Shown in pieces: positions 9,540 to 19,656 of a DNA stretch of 64,000 nt. The stretch covers positions 19,408-83,407 of the forward strand of contig JBAZUH010000001.1 in assembly GCA_041661545.1 (NCBI GenBank). Direction: 5' to 3'. Source of the DNA: Candidatus Staskawiczbacteria bacterium. Its GTDB lineage: Bacteria > Patescibacteriota > Minisyncoccia > Minisyncoccales > Staskawiczbacteraceae. Position 1 is the stretch's first letter. Every line of letters starts with the position of its first letter. Under the pieces are notes generated by a model. That model saw nothing but the letters and a program-made list of their open reading frames with translations, searched no databases and was not told the DNA's origin. The translations under genes were made by a program, and so were the position numbers.

Positions 9540-11012
9540 AGAAATACATCTTTGCGATTGAAGAAGCCCATCAAAGGGCTTTTTCAATGTAAAAATAAGC
9601 TTTTTTTCGTCTAATTCGCAGTTCTGAAGTAAAAAATTAAGAATTTGGCGTTTTGTCTCTGGTTCAGAATTTTCAAAGAGAACGGAAGCTTTTTTAACAA
9701 TATGGAGAAGCATATTAGCACTTAAGTAAAAGTCCTCGTCAGCAATTGTAAATTGCTTCATCCTTTCCTCGAGTTCATATTGCTTATCTTTTAATTCTTT
9801 TATCTTTTTTGTAAACATCTCCTTATTAATTGCACCGTCGGTTAGTAAATCAAATAGTCTATTTATTTTTACTTCGATTTCGTCATGTTCTTTTCTTAGA
9901 GCGATAATTGAATCTTCGTAAAATTTATTTTTAGATTCATTTAATTCTCTTAATGCAGTAATTGTTTGTTTAATTTTATTTTCTGGCATTTGCAAACCAG
10001 CGATGACTTTTTTAATAGGTTTTAATAATTCATTTTCGTTTATATATACCTTTTTTGGATGTATATTCTTGTAATTTGTGCAGGAATAGTAAACAAATTT
10101 ATTTTCATGTCTTTCTCCTGATATGGTGCAACCGCAGGCAGGATTTGCACACCTTACAATGCCCTTTAGGGCAAAGGGCTTAGAGCCATATGCAAAAGGT
10201 TTTTTGTGGTAGTCGTCCATTTTTTGACGGCATTTTAAAAATAGTTGCTTGGAAATTAGGGGTTGGTATTTATGTGGAGTTAGAACGCCATTGCTTCGCA
10301 TAACACCGTAGTAAAAAGGATTTGTTAAGCACTTATAGACCACATTCGGTCTTATTGGTTTTTTATTATCAGTACCGTTAAGCCCCATCTTTCCCAATTT
10401 TTCTGCTAGCAAATTTACAGACGTTCCGCTGGCATATAGTTCAAACATTTTTTTAACTAGCTGTGATGTGTCTGGGTCTAGGACGATATCGCTTCTTTTT
10501 CTTCTTTCCTTATCTGCTTCAGTAGGATATACACTTTTATAACCTATTGGCGGGCGCGTTATCCATTCGCCATTCCTTTTCATTGATTCCAATTTTCTCT
10601 TAACATTATCGCTTAGTTGAAGCACATAACTTCTAGCAAACATAACTGCCATATCCCAGCGGATTAATTCAGAACTATTTGACTCTTTGTGTAATACAAG
10701 GTTTTCCCTATAAAAGTGAATTACAAGTTTTCCAGTTTTTCTTAAATCATCTAAAGTAATTGAATCTCTAAAACTTCTCTGGATTCTATCTACGGTATCT
10801 GCTACTAAAGCAATAGGTTCTTTTGAGTTTTCTATTTCCTTTATTATTTCTTTAAACTGTTTTCTGTTACCTTGCGTTGAAGATTCTTTTATCTCATAAG
10901 TTTTCCAAACTTCTAAATTTTTATTTTTGATATAGTCCGTAACCCTCATAACTTGAGCTTCATTAGAATCTTGTTTCTCGTCTGAAACTCTCGCCAGAAT
11001 TATTGCTTTCAT
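9498..11012 (-). CDS. large serine recombinase (resolvase/invertase-type N-terminal catalytic domain, recombinase domain, Cys-rich zinc ribbon, coiled coil)
   Basis: N-terminal AIILARVSDEKQD serine-recombinase motif; CxxC...C cluster (CANPACGCTISGERHENKFVYYSC); 504 aa; 3' end overlaps tRNA-Asp by about 40 nt. Confidence 0.8.
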   Translation of the reverse strand: MKAIILARVSDEKQDSNEAQVMRVTDYIKNKNLEVWKTYEIKESSTQGNRKQFKEIIKEIENSKEPIALVADTVDRIQRSFRDSITLDDLRKTGKLVIHFYRENLVLHKESNSSELIRWDMAVMFARSYVLQLSDNVKRKLESMKRNGEWITRPPIGYKSVYPTEADKERRKRSDIVLDPDTSQLVKKMFELYASGTSVNLLAEKLGKMGLNGTDNKKPIRPNVVYKCLTNPFYYGVMRSNGVLTPHKYQPLISKQLFLKCRQKMDDYHKKPFAYGSKPFALKGIVRCANPACGCTISGERHENKFVYYSCTNYKNIHPKKVYINENELLKPIKKVIAGLQMPENKIKQTITALRELNESKNKFYEDSIIALRKEHDEIEVKINRLFDLLTDGAINKEMFTKKIKELKDKQYELEERMKQFTIADEDFYLSANMLLHIVKKASVLFENSEPETKRQILNFLLQNCELDEKKLIFTLKKPFDGLLQSQRCISWRGQGDLNPRSPP

Positions 11013-11371
11013 AATTTTTATATATAATATTATATAATTTTATATTAGGAACCGCATAAAACTAAGTCAACCGGGTACGCTGATATTCATGTGTTTTAAC
11101 AGATAAAATATTAAAGTCTTATAACTGTTATTTAAAGTGATATGCAGTATCATGTTATGCCTGCTTTTTCCCCTGCTCTCAGCCAAGTAAAATTGGATTT
11201 TACCGTGTTATCGCCCTGTTTAGCAGGCAAGATGTCTTTTTATAGTGCGTAAAAATTAAATAACACATATAATATTATTAAATATAAATATATAAATAAT
11301 ATTGATACTTTATAAGAATAAAATGTTATAAAATTTAATATTATTATATAAGTATTATATATAATATAGAT

Positions 11372-11737
11372 TTAATAGTGCATTTCGTAGCCTGAATCAC
11401 TTTCTTCAATAATTGGAATTCCATCAAGTCCATTTCTTAATTCTGGTTTTTTATCTAAAAGGATAAGATATTCTTCAATTATTTTTTCTTGTATTTTTTG
11501 CCACAAATCTTTATCCGCTAGCCAAAAAATTGATTGGAATTTCCCTTTTTTTGTTCTGTATGCTGGAGGAGCAACCCAATAAAGGGTATCGCTTTTATGA
11601 GCTTCGTTATTTTCTAAAATTCTAAAACCGGAGATAGAAAATGAACCAAACTTAATTGTAGCTATTGCTCGCTCAGCTCCTGTTGGATTAGATATCGCCC
11701 AAACCTTAACTGCCACCTCATTAATATTTAATTCCAT
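11372..11737 (-). CDS. SpoVG-like protein
   Basis: RAIATIKFGSFSISGFRILENNEAH...WVAPPAYRTKKGKFQSIFWLADKDLWQKIQEKIIEEY parallels the SpoVG pattern (RAIASITLD...FV.DIRVI...FVAMPS....G.F.DIAHP......KIQ.AVL.EY). Confidence 0.55.
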   Translation of the reverse strand: MELNINEVAVKVWAISNPTGAERAIATIKFGSFSISGFRILENNEAHKSDTLYWVAPPAYRTKKGKFQSIFWLADKDLWQKIQEKIIEEYLILLDKKPELRNGLDGIPIIEESDSGYEMHY

Positions 11738-11738
11738 T

Positions 11739-12017
11739 TTATTTATTTTTTGCGTTTATATTTCTAATTTTATCAATATTATTCTTACAAATACGGACAA
11801 ATTCCGCAAAAGGGAACGCCTCATTATAATGCTCATGCGAACCATTGCACATAAAATACCAGTCATTTTTAGTATCTTCAAACCAAATCACGGTGCACCA
11901 CTTATTTGTATGGTTATCAAGTAAGCAATATTTTAATACTATTTTATCTTTTTCTACTCCATACTCGATTCCTTTGGTATTCAAGAATTTTATAATTTTT
12001 GATTTTGTTAATTTCAT
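11739..12017 (-). CDS. hypothetical protein (92 aa)
   Basis: ORF in the same minus-strand operon, 1-nt spacing to the SpoVG-like gene. Confidence 0.4.
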   Translation of the reverse strand: MKLTKSKIIKFLNTKGIEYGVEKDKIVLKYCLLDNHTNKWCTVIWFEDTKNDWYFMCNGSHEHYNEAFPFAEFVRICKNNIDKIRNINAKNK

Positions 12018-12110
12018 ATTATTTTTTTTGTTAATTTTGCAGTATATCTTTTTATCTATGTTTTATAAGATGTCTATTTGTACCTTTATGGTGGGCTATT
12101 TTGAGGCACA

Positions 12111-12368
12111 CTATGTAAAATTGTTATTAAACTTTAAATTTAGGGTGTCAGAGTATGTCTTGTCGCTCAGGTTTTGGGCTATGCACCAAACTGCCCCTTT
12201 TTCTTCGTCGTTTAAATCTATTCCTTTGCGTTTCTGCATTAGCCATAAAGAAACGTTAGTTGTAGCTCTTCTAAGGTCGCACGTTGGTGCTCCTTCGCCA
12301 AAGTAATCCTTCGTGGCAATAAGAATTATTTTTTGTTTTTGGTTTAAATTTTTTGGTAAACTTCGCAT
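12111..12368 (-). CDS. hypothetical protein (85 aa)
   Basis: ORF in the minus-strand operon. Confidence 0.35.
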   Translation of the reverse strand: MRSLPKNLNQKQKIILIATKDYFGEGAPTCDLRRATTNVSLWLMQKRKGIDLNDEEKGAVWCIAQNLSDKTYSDTLNLKFNNNFT

Positions 12369-12372
12369 AGTA

Positions 12373-12561
12373 TTATTTTTTAATTATATTTTTTAATGAA
12401 AACTGTCGACCATTTACTCCTTTATTATGATTTCTCTTGTATGAATCGGGATTTTGTTTCATATCCTCGTGTAAAAGCAAATTCCAAAAGCGGACCCAGT
12501 TTTGCTCAGACTCTGTATCCCATATTCCATTTATGTTGTTATCTCTAGAATTTTTAGACAT
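12373..12561 (-). CDS. hypothetical protein (62 aa)
   Basis: ORF in the minus-strand operon, 4 nt from the next gene. Confidence 0.3.
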   Translation of the reverse strand: MSKNSRDNNINGIWDTESEQNWVRFWNLLLHEDMKQNPDSYKRNHNKGVNGRQFSLKNIIKK

Positions 12562-12622
12562 TTAAAAAACCTGATTTGTATTTCAGGTTCTTTATATAAA
12601 ATTAGCTATTGGCTAAATTTGG

Positions 12623-13345
12623 CTAAATATATTTTGGATTAATTTTTATGTTTCCTTTTCGAGTTGCATCCTTAATTATAAAATTCTTAATTCCAGTTTC
12701 TATCGCTATAGCCGTATTGATTCCGTCGCCAGCGGTATAAAACTTTCTCCAATAATCCGAAGGGTATTTTACTTTATCTATGCCGAGTTCATCCCAATCT
12801 TCTTGCACTTCTTCATAAAGCCAGTTTTTTTTCGGACTCTTAAATAAGGTTATTAGCAAGTCTTTTTGATTTTGTGCATTACTGAAATCTATTTTTTTGT
12901 TTTGATAATATAGAACATTATTTGTAAATTCCGCTACCGGCCAGACGTTTGTTTTATTTGTTATTGCATAAATAGCGTCTTTCAATTTTTTAAACTCTTT
13001 AACATTTTTAACTTTAATAAACACATGTTTAGTAAAAATTTTTGGTGGTATTAAGTTTGGGTTCATTCGAATAAGCCTTTCTTCTGGGTCATCATCTGTA
13101 AATCGTAATCTTCTGCTCCACTCCGTTTCTATCAATTCATTCATAATTTCAACACATTCTATGCCCTTGATAATGCTTTCGACTTCACTTTGATATATAC
13201 CGTTGTCTTTGAGTTGTTCTTTTGATATCTTATGTCCATACGTATCCTCATTAAAGCCCTGAATTTCTGCCTGTTCAAAAAGCAATTGGATTAATTTCCC
13301 AACTTTATCTAGGTTCTTTTGTGATAATCTTTTTATATTTAGCAT
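12623..13345 (-). CDS. hypothetical protein (240 aa), first gene of the minus-strand island operon
   Basis: long ORF, no recognisable motif. Confidence 0.5.
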   Translation of the reverse strand: MLNIKRLSQKNLDKVGKLIQLLFEQAEIQGFNEDTYGHKISKEQLKDNGIYQSEVESIIKGIECVEIMNELIETEWSRRLRFTDDDPEERLIRMNPNLIPPKIFTKHVFIKVKNVKEFKKLKDAIYAITNKTNVWPVAEFTNNVLYYQNKKIDFSNAQNQKDLLITLFKSPKKNWLYEEVQEDWDELGIDKVKYPSDYWRKFYTAGDGINTAIAIETGIKNFIIKDATRKGNIKINPKYI

Positions 13346-13473
13346 AAACTAATATTGTTTAATGTTGCTCCTAAATTAGGATTTTTTCAAGTTTTGGGGT
13401 GGAAAGTGCTAAAAATAAGTAGTATAGTAAAAGTAACAATTTAATAATGATTGCCTAAACTTCAAATTAAAAT

Positions 13474-14097
13474 TTGAGGCATGGCACAAAATACCCATCA
13501 AAGATATTGAGCTCCACGCTCAGCGTACTCTTTGATGGGTCTTATTGGGAAACTAATAGGTGCTGGGCTGGAGCTCTATGTGTTTCCACGCCAGCAACAA
13601 ATGGCATGGATTATAAAAAGTATTATTTTTTAGATAACTATTTGGAAGAAGTCAGAAGCAATTTTGAAAGGGGCTATTTAACACCCGAAGAATTTTTTTG
13701 TATAGTGATTTGGAAAGCCAATAGGGCGAAGACAAAAATTAAAAAAAGGTTACTTGAAGGGGGAGATATAAAAAAGGCGGTTAAGGAATTAACAAGCGAT
13801 ATTTATAATGCAGATGGGCTAGAAAGTAAATTGCAAGTTTTAAAAGATAGAGGGTTTTTGCTTCCAATGGCTACAGCAATTTTAACAGTTTTATATCCAA
13901 AAGATTTTACTATTTATGATGTTAGAGTTAGAAATTATTTTGGATTAAAGGAAATTTATAGCGCTAAAAATTATTTTTCTGATTTTTTGCCAAAGGTCAA
14001 AGACTTTGCTAAACAACATAATCTCAGCTTGCGTGACGCTGACAGATATTTATGGGGCAAGTCTTTTTATAAAGACTTAGAGGATTTAGTAAGATAG
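13474..14097 (+). CDS. hypothetical protein (alternative start at 13606, MDYKKYY)
   Basis: ORF divergent from the minus-strand operon; no motif recognised. Confidence 0.45.
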   Translation: MRHGTKYPSKILSSTLSVLFDGSYWETNRCWAGALCVSTPATNGMDYKKYYFLDNYLEEVRSNFERGYLTPEEFFCIVIWKANRAKTKIKKRLLEGGDIKKAVKELTSDIYNADGLESKLQVLKDRGFLLPMATAILTVLYPKDFTIYDVRVRNYFGLKEIYSAKNYFSDFLPKVKDFAKQHNLSLRDADRYLWGKSFYKDLEDLVR

Positions 14098-14315
14098 GTT
14101 TTAATTTTTTAAAAAGGAATTTATAATAAGCCACACAGGTAAATATCTTATGAAAAAAAATCCTAAAATATTAGCTTCAATAATAGATGAATTATTAGGA
14201 TACTTGATTGCTTTTTTTGATTGGCTTAATTATAAAGAAAGATATATTAAGTTCATTTTATTTGTTTCAATTGTGTCGCTGATATATATTCTAATTGAAT
14301 TTATCACATAAATAA

Positions 14316-14975
14316 ATGTTTAAAATACAAAAATTTGAGATTATAGAAATTGTGCTTTTTGTTGCGTTAGGTGCGATTGTTTTGATGTCTTGGAATAATA
14401 ATCCTCAACAACAAAAACTAGATAATATAAAAAGCGTAGTAGATAGCCCTGTTAGTTTAGACGAGCCAATTAAGAAAAAGGAGATTTCTGAATCACTTCC
14501 AACTACAAATACAACTATTAAGGGTTTTTCTAATGAAATAAAAGCATTGCCACCAGCAACGCCGACTAAGTGGGAAGTGGGCCAAGATTTATATGAAGAA
14601 CAAAAAAAGCAATATGGAGATTTAGCAGTTCGTTTTTGGGCAGATTCTAATTCTATAACTTTTCTAAAAGAGTTTGATGTGGATGGAGATGGTCAAAAAG
14701 AAACTATAATTGGAATTTGTGGATTATGGGGTAATCATTGTCCTCATGAGGTTGTTATAATTAAAAATAATAAACAAGTTTTTTCTTATTCTGACACAGG
14801 GGTTAATGTCTCTTTACCAGAAAGCGGTAGCGGATTTTATATTGAATGGCATACTATTAAATATTATGAAAATGGTTATTGTTGTCCAACAGGGTATATG
14901 AAAACAAAATTTACTTTTAAAGATAATAAATTTATACCAGTTTCTGAGCAAGAAGTGACATATATTAATCAGTAA
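14316..14975 (+). CDS. membrane-anchored hypothetical protein
   Basis: N-terminal TM helix, 219 aa; followed by a terminator-like hairpin near 15060-15090. Confidence 0.5.
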   Translation: MFKIQKFEIIEIVLFVALGAIVLMSWNNNPQQQKLDNIKSVVDSPVSLDEPIKKKEISESLPTTNTTIKGFSNEIKALPPATPTKWEVGQDLYEEQKKQYGDLAVRFWADSNSITFLKEFDVDGDGQKETIIGICGLWGNHCPHEVVIIKNNKQVFSYSDTGVNVSLPESGSGFYIEWHTIKYYENGYCCPTGYMKTKFTFKDNKFIPVSEQEVTYINQ

Positions 14976-15154
14976 CACCTTTACACAACCATATGTACAA
15001 CCAATGAGAAGGGGTCGTGCTCGGTTTTTTGCCCCCAAATCACATAAAATATACCTCGAATATAGAAACCCGTAGAAAGGGGTTTTTTGTTTATAGGATT
15101 TGTTGGTACTTGACCCAGATTTGTAGGGTAGTAAGATATGTTAACTAGAACAAA

Positions 15155-17671
15155 ATGGGTATTTTATTGAAAATCAAGAATCAACTATATAGAGAAAAGA
15201 GTTTCTGGATCACAAGGAAATGGCTTGGAGACAAACCTGTTTTTTCGTTTTGGAAAACTATATTTCGAGGAAACATTGGGCTTAAAAATACTAAAAATTC
15301 CTTCCGCCTTTTATTACCAACGCTGCCAGCTTTTGTGAAAACCGTTGTTTATTCGGCTATCATAATAGTTATTTTTGAGTCATTTAATTATTTTTATCCA
15401 ACCAAAATTATATTCGACAAAAATGCGGTTGATACGCTTTTAGCTGCTATCGCAAGTATTACAGGTGTATTCCTTGGTCTTTATTTCACCGCAATTTCGA
15501 GTATTGCAAGTAATTTTCTTGTCAGAGCAACTCAAGACATTCGTCGTTTTTTTCTATCTGCACCTAAAGGACAACAATATGTCCAGACCGTCGCTCTAAC
15601 TGGCATTATTACCGTTTTTTACATAACTACTAAATCATTCGGACACACCATTCATCCAGTTAGTCTTATTTTTCTTTCATTGCTCGCTGCTTATGTGGTT
15701 ATTAGATTTTGGACTGTTGGGTCAGATGTTTTTAATTCATTAGAGCCGACGGATTCTCTGCCCTGGGTTACAAGAGATATTGCAGATGCTATCAAAGGTG
15801 TGGTGCCACCAGGGTTTCAGTGGACAAAACCTGCCCTGCAAAATCATCAGAGACGTTTAGCTTCTTACAATTTAGAGCTCATAGGTAATCTCATCAACTT
15901 TGGTATTAAGGAAATTAAATTATCCGATGAGCAATTGGTCATTGCCCTAAAATATCTTAGTGGTCTTTTGTTTTTTTATTCAGACGAAAAAGGTAAAATT
16001 CCTACTGACAGTTTCTGGTTTGAAACTAAAAACCAGTATGAGAGCTGGGCATTGGCAGATTCTACTAAAATTTCTTTAGCTTTAAATACGGGGACAACGA
16101 TACAGCCTAAAAACATAAAAGATTTTGTTTGGTTTGAAGGGCAGGTTTTAGATGTCGCTGTCAAAATACTAAAGTTTATGGTTGAAGAAAAACGCATAGG
16201 CTCTGTTTTTGAGGGCTTCGAAGTTTTTGTTGGTGTTGCAGAAACCTATGGCAAAGATTTTGATGAGCAGGGTATTAAGTTACTTTTCCAAAAATTGGAA
16301 AAGGCTACAGCCACCGTTTGCTCTATAAAAACTGACCCAGCTCAACAAGAGCATAAGGAAAAGTTAGCTTTTATAGATTCACAAGGAAGATTAGCTACAG
16401 GGGCTTTATTAGGTCTTGCGAAATATCTCGACGAAGCTTCTGGAGACAAGTTGTCTGGAATGATTTCAAAAATTAACTGGACGTCAGACAATAAAAGTAT
16501 TTATCTTGCAGGGTTGCCGTCGGCTATGCTTTCACGACTTGAGTCCACGGTAAACGATTTAAAGAATGAAAAAAGCGTTGAGGGACAGACCGTTTCCCCA
16601 GACTGGTATGTAACAACATTGTGCGTGCAAAAGTATTTGTTTTCTCTCAAAGGTTACTTTGAATACATAAAATCTCTTCACTCCGATTATTTTAAGGTCA
16701 AATACGAAAAATTGATTGCCGATGGGCAACTTTCATTTGCGGTTCAGTTAATTCAACGATGGTTAGAGTTTTCTAATAAGTATTGTCGGTTAGTTAGTTT
16801 ATTAAAAAAACACGTTGAGGAGTGCGACCAATTTCACCAAGTTGAAGACCTACCGTGGGTTGTTTTTAATTATGCCGAAGAGGAAAAAAATTGCCTCGAC
16901 AGACAAAAGCAGGTTACGGATGAAATGATTAAATTATTACCAAAACTAAAGTCCCTCGTTGTGGGGGATGATTTACCCGATTATTTTGGTCAAGCTCTTA
17001 CGATGGGCGTTCAAGCTTGTTATGAAGCGTGTGAAGACAACGACCACGAAAGATTTAAAAAGCTTTTCCCAACAATCTTCGATGCTTCTTTAGCTGCATT
17101 CGACCTTACTCGGCAAAAAGTTCAAGACTGGAGTCAGGAAGAAAGTAAAGTTATTTTTTCGACAGAACCTTTAGTAAATCTATTTGAATTAAGTGGATAC
17201 GCAAAACTATATTCAGAGCTTTACGAGAGCCCCGAACTCTGGAATACAGCTAAGCAGCTTTGGGACGCGTATCTAGAAGTTGTTGACGCAAAACAAGTTA
17301 TTGGGTTTATCGCTGCCATTGTTGGCTATAGGAATACATTATTTATGATAATGCCCCAAGCTATGTTAAGGTCTAATTGGCAAATAAATTTTAGTCATAA
17401 GATGCGCGAGAAGGGGTTACCTGTTTTCCCTGAGGACAGAGAATTTATGAATCGACACGAACGACCGAATCATTCCAGTCCGCTAATTAGAGTTATGGCG
17501 AGAGCAGGTGGTTTTATGGGTCTCGATACAGCACAAGAAGTATTTTTTGCGACTTATTTATCCAATCATACCTCGGCGGAAGAAATTGAATTTCCAAATA
17601 GGCACGAATTCAAAGAGCGTATCGAGAGAGAGCAAGAAGAACCTAATAATGAAGAAAATGAAGATGAATAA
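15155..17671 (+). CDS. large hypothetical protein: N-terminal 3-4 TM helices plus a roughly 600-aa cytoplasmic domain with an acidic C-terminal tail
   Basis: 838 aa ORF; hydrophobic segments near aa 60-200; no Walker or other motif recognised. Confidence 0.6.
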   Translation: MGILLKIKNQLYREKSFWITRKWLGDKPVFSFWKTIFRGNIGLKNTKNSFRLLLPTLPAFVKTVVYSAIIIVIFESFNYFYPTKIIFDKNAVDTLLAAIASITGVFLGLYFTAISSIASNFLVRATQDIRRFFLSAPKGQQYVQTVALTGIITVFYITTKSFGHTIHPVSLIFLSLLAAYVVIRFWTVGSDVFNSLEPTDSLPWVTRDIADAIKGVVPPGFQWTKPALQNHQRRLASYNLELIGNLINFGIKEIKLSDEQLVIALKYLSGLLFFYSDEKGKIPTDSFWFETKNQYESWALADSTKISLALNTGTTIQPKNIKDFVWFEGQVLDVAVKILKFMVEEKRIGSVFEGFEVFVGVAETYGKDFDEQGIKLLFQKLEKATATVCSIKTDPAQQEHKEKLAFIDSQGRLATGALLGLAKYLDEASGDKLSGMISKINWTSDNKSIYLAGLPSAMLSRLESTVNDLKNEKSVEGQTVSPDWYVTTLCVQKYLFSLKGYFEYIKSLHSDYFKVKYEKLIADGQLSFAVQLIQRWLEFSNKYCRLVSLLKKHVEECDQFHQVEDLPWVVFNYAEEEKNCLDRQKQVTDEMIKLLPKLKSLVVGDDLPDYFGQALTMGVQACYEACEDNDHERFKKLFPTIFDASLAAFDLTRQKVQDWSQEESKVIFSTEPLVNLFELSGYAKLYSELYESPELWNTAKQLWDAYLEVVDAKQVIGFIAAIVGYRNTLFMIMPQAMLRSNWQINFSHKMREKGLPVFPEDREFMNRHERPNHSSPLIRVMARAGGFMGLDTAQEVFFATYLSNHTSAEEIEFPNRHEFKERIEREQEEPNNEENEDE

Positions 17672-18701
17672 TTTTATCAAAAAAGCTAAGGAGTCCCTAA
17701 AATCTTTCTTGGAAGACCCCCTCTTTTTGAAGTACTGGGAAGAAGAGTATTATTCACGCCCGAGGGAAGATAACCAGCTTTCCGTTAGAATTAGTGGGCG
17801 CAGGAGGGAGCGAGCATACCAGTATAATGGCGACTCATTTATGTTTGTTGAAGATATGCACACAGGAATAATGCCATTTATGATTTATAGGGGTGAACGT
17901 GAAAAATATCCAGCCAAAGTTGAACCCATCTCTCCAGAAAAGGAGCGGTTGATTGCGGAGGGCATCTCTGGCAGGGGTTATCGCAGATTTTTGGGAGACG
18001 CTTTATGTGATTTTGTAAGAATGACCACTCTCACTCTTTTCCAGAGCGGAGTAGTGTTTTATGAGATTGTTTATAAAAAGAATGAGTCTGGTGTGACTGA
18101 AAGTTTTAACCTTGAGTTACTTCAGCCTTTTTATCTGTTCAAATTTTTTAGAAACTATTATCAGTATGTGCCGTGGTGGGAGGCGAAAGAGTCTCGAATC
18201 AAAGTTCAAATAATAAAAATCCCAGCGGAAAAAATACTACGCATAGATTTCCCAAAACAGTTTGGAGGTAAGAAAAAAATAAACAATGTATTAAAACGTT
18301 TGTGGCAGTTAAGCAAGGAGCTTATTCCGAAGTTTCAAATGGATGCGATGGGGGAGAATCGTAATATAGGTTTTGATTTGAAAGAATTTAGTAAGGCTAA
18401 ATATCTCGAAATTGCGAAACTCACAAAAGACTTTGGTTGGAATCAACGGCAGCGTTCAGATGATTATATTACGGAGTATTATTCTATGTTACGCTTTTTA
18501 CGAGAAAAAGAGTTGGAGGCTGTTATTAGGAATAAAATTATCTCCGAACTTAATGAAGCATTAAATAGCTCTCCTTTAAATTTAGGAGTAAAAGTTATTA
18601 TAGAAAACCTTTTTTCTGTTGACGATGTAAAACAGCAGAAAAAGATCCTAAAAGCCGGTAACGTTGCCTTTATGGATATTATTAATAAATTTAAAATTTA
18701 A
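17649..18701 (+). CDS. hypothetical soluble protein (about 350 aa) overlapping the preceding gene
   Basis: in-frame ATG at 17649 (MKKMKMNNF...) overlaps the upstream stop by about 20 nt; terminator-like hairpin at about 18800-18835. Confidence 0.55.
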   Translation: MKKMKMNNFIKKAKESLKSFLEDPLFLKYWEEEYYSRPREDNQLSVRISGRRRERAYQYNGDSFMFVEDMHTGIMPFMIYRGEREKYPAKVEPISPEKERLIAEGISGRGYRRFLGDALCDFVRMTTLTLFQSGVVFYEIVYKKNESGVTESFNLELLQPFYLFKFFRNYYQYVPWWEAKESRIKVQIIKIPAEKILRIDFPKQFGGKKKINNVLKRLWQLSKELIPKFQMDAMGENRNIGFDLKEFSKAKYLEIAKLTKDFGWNQRQRSDDYITEYYSMLRFLREKELEAVIRNKIISELNEALNSSPLNLGVKVIIENLFSVDDVKQQKKILKAGNVAFMDIINKFKI

Positions 18702-18887
18702 TATTTTTATTAATCCGCGAATGCTAAATTATCCATTTCAACCTTCATAACTTCCCAGTTAACAGTTCTGAACGCATCTAGTAGGGGGCGCATTTTTCGA
18801 AAACTGCTTCTCAATGAAGCTGTTTTTGTTTGACTTTGTTATTGGAAGTATTAAAATTAATATAACAATATTAAATAAATAAAAAAT

Positions 18888-19619
18888 ATGAAAAATAAAA
18901 TTTTAATAATTGGCGTTTTAGTTTTAGTTTTTGCGTTAACTGGTAGTGTTTATGCTGAAAATACAAATAATGAAGCTGGAGAGAGTAATCAGAATCAACA
19001 ACAAGTGCAAACAGCTAATCAGGGCGAAGACATTCAAATTCAAGTTCAGAATAACGAAGAAGATGAAGATGTAAATGAATCAGAAAATGAGGAGGCAAAC
19101 AAATCAGAAGATGAAGATGTAAATGAATCAGAAAATGAAGTTGAAAATAAAAACCAAGAACAAAATCGGGAGCGAGCTGAAAACCAACAGGAGCAGATTA
19201 ATGCCGAACAACACCGTAGTTCGGTGGCAAATTTTGTTCAAAGTCTTTTGCAGGTTGCTGACAGGGAAGGGGGAATTGGAGAGCAGGTAAAAGCAATTGC
19301 TCAGCAACAAAATCAGGCTGTAGATGCAACGGTTCAGGCGGTGGAAAAGGTTCAAATAAGAAGCAAGATAAAAACATTCTTTTTTGGCTCAGACTACAAA
19401 AATTTGGGTACATTGAGAAGCGAGGTAGTTCAAACCAGTAACAGGCTGGAGCAATTAAACAAATTAATGGAAAATATTCAGAATGAAGGGGATAAAACAG
19501 AGCTTCAGAATCAAATTCAGATATTAGAGCAAGAACAAAAGAAATTAGAAGATTTTATAAAAACCAACGAAAGCAAATTTAGTTTATTGGGTTGGTTTGT
19601 AAAGTTATTTAATAGATAA
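18888..19619 (+). CDS. secreted acidic, Q/E-rich coiled-coil protein
   Basis: signal peptide; repeated EDEDVNESENE segments. Confidence 0.55.
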   Translation: MKNKILIIGVLVLVFALTGSVYAENTNNEAGESNQNQQQVQTANQGEDIQIQVQNNEEDEDVNESENEEANKSEDEDVNESENEVENKNQEQNRERAENQQEQINAEQHRSSVANFVQSLLQVADREGGIGEQVKAIAQQQNQAVDATVQAVEKVQIRSKIKTFFFGSDYKNLGTLRSEVVQTSNRLEQLNKLMENIQNEGDKTELQNQIQILEQEQKKLEDFIKTNESKFSLLGWFVKLFNR

Positions 19620-19656
19620 TCAGAAAAAATAATAGTTACCCAATAGGCGCATTTTT

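Noticed and set aside
14150-14311. About 53-codon ORF (MKKNPKILASIIDELLGYLIAFFDWLNY...) in the spacer before 14316
   Set aside because: Plausible small membrane peptide but below any reliable calling threshold and without RBS evidence; not listed as a feature
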